DNA of 64,000 nt from Nitrospirota bacterium (lineage in GTDB: Bacteria; Nitrospirota; UBA9217), in assembly GCA_963790205.1 (NCBI GenBank), contig CAWBNQ010000001.1, positions 96,001-160,000 on the forward strand, written 5' to 3'. A program made the position numbers and the translations under genes. The number at the start of each line of letters is the position of its first letter. The stretch's first letter is position 1. This document shows, piece by piece, positions 62,964 to 64,000 of the stretch. The notes under the pieces are model-generated. The model was not told the origin of the DNA. It saw nothing but the letters and a program-made list of their open reading frames with translations, and did no database searches.

Positions 62964-63685
62964 GACGGCTTCCTTCCCCCGAACAGCGCGAGTTCGAATA
63001 CCTTGAAATAACAGTCCACGTCCTCATACCCGATCTCATCGAGCCACTGACACTGCAATTCCGCGGGCGCAAGGATATTGGCATCTTTGTCCGGCCTGTT
63101 ATAGAATTCATGGTCGATCTCTTCCCGTGAGTCTTTTGATCCGCTTCTCCTATGATAGGCATAGAGGGAGTCGACGAACTGTTCCGCAAACATTTTTTCG
63201 AGCCATTCCGACTTCGACGAGACATGTTCCAAGTTGAGGAACACGCCGCCCGGTCGAAGTAGACCGAACACTTCGCCATAGAGCTCTCTCTTTCGCGCAT
63301 CCGGCTGATGATGGATAGCGAACCCTGAAACAATCGCGTCGAACAGTCTCTTGTTTTGTACGGTATCGATCCAGCCGGTGTTTGCGAAATCAGCGACTAT
63401 GAATTCACAACGACAGCCGCACTTCTTCCGTGCCGCCGCGATCATCGTTTCCGAAAAATCGAGAAACACCCCCGTCGCGGCGGGATAACTCGACAGGATC
63501 GCCCTGCCGAGGATCCCGTCACCGCACCCCAGATCGAGGACCGTTTTGACGTCGGGCAAGGCCGTCTGGATGATCCTCATCATAATGCCGACCTGCTCGG
63601 CTGCAAAGGGAATGGCGCCGCGCACGTTTTCCAAAAAAGCCTTGGAAAGGCCCTCCGATTTCCAGACACCGTACTTTCTTTCCAT
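62960..63685 (-). CDS. Class I SAM-dependent methyltransferase
   Basis: VLDLGCGDG, FDAIVSGFAIHH, LRPGGVF. Confidence 0.9.
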   Translation of the reverse strand: MERKYGVWKSEGLSKAFLENVRGAIPFAAEQVGIMMRIIQTALPDVKTVLDLGCGDGILGRAILSSYPAATGVFLDFSETMIAAARKKCGCRCEFIVADFANTGWIDTVQNKRLFDAIVSGFAIHHQPDARKRELYGEVFGLLRPGGVFLNLEHVSSKSEWLEKMFAEQFVDSLYAYHRRSGSKDSREEIDHEFYNRPDKDANILAPAELQCQWLDEIGYEDVDCYFKVFELALFGGRKPS

Positions 63686-63708
63686 AGATGCCCCTCTTTC
63701 TTCTCTTC

Positions 63709-64000
63709 TCATTTCCGTCTCAGCCTCATGACTTTATTCGATCCCCGCTGGAACTCGAAAGGCACATCGGCAATCTCCGCATAGATGTCCTCCGACTTGA
63801 GAAAAGAAAGTAATTCCTTCATGTAAGGATAGGGTCTTGCATCCAAACCCTGCAAAGGAAATATCCTCACTTCTCCGGACGACACCCGCACCAGTTCCTT
63901 GAGGCAGGCCCGGTGAAATTCAAGGTCCAGCCTGTCGCCGTAGAGAAACAAAAAATGAGACGCCAGCACGAGCGAAAAAGCCTTATCGGGAAAGGGCAGG
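63709..64000 (-). CDS. SAM-dependent methyltransferase, C-terminal part, truncated by window edge
   Basis: LPFPDKAFSLVLASHFLFLY...ELVRV..GEVRIFPL. Confidence 0.75.
   Translation of the reverse strand, partial: LPFPDKAFSLVLASHFLFLYGDRLDLEFHRACLKELVRVSSGEVRIFPLQGLDARPYPYMKELLSFLKSEDIYAEIADVPFEFQRGSNKVMRLRRK

Overview
Chromosomal segment of a fairly GC-rich anaerobic sulfur-respiring bacterium. The AprA/Sat/Qmo sequence style and the split atp operon suggest Nitrospirota or a deltaproteobacterium-like lineage (inference). Left to right: partial radC; an oxidative-stress operon (perR/fur, flavodiiron fprA, and a 42-aa rubredoxin missed by the ORF track); atpF'FHAGDC without atpB/E; nfnAB; a low-GC islet with an attC-like site; a TonB receptor plus periplasmic binding protein; uvrA; nadB; a sensory cluster with a DsrC-family protein lacking the C-terminal Cys; Grx-FtrB; guaA; a frameshifted YkgJ-family gene; the cluster adk-sat-aprBA-qmoABC-CBS-hppA; a GGDEF/EAL protein; and the mercury-methylation genes hgcAB with an AbrB-like hgcC. 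Divergent from hgcAB is a 7-heme lipoprotein cytochrome c preceded by a perfect palindrome, a sigma54 promoter and a GEMM-I riboswitch with the Geobacter-type 3',3'-cGAMP signature. The right end holds an ECF sigma factor with a Cys-rich tail upstream of three DUF3795 paralogs and OsmC, a TetR/DJ-1 unit with two operators, and a decaying operon with two internally deleted pseudogenes. Intergenic regions carry heptamer-repeat/palindromic elements. No rRNA, tRNA, CRISPR or transposase was recognised. All calls are by eye; no database searches were run.
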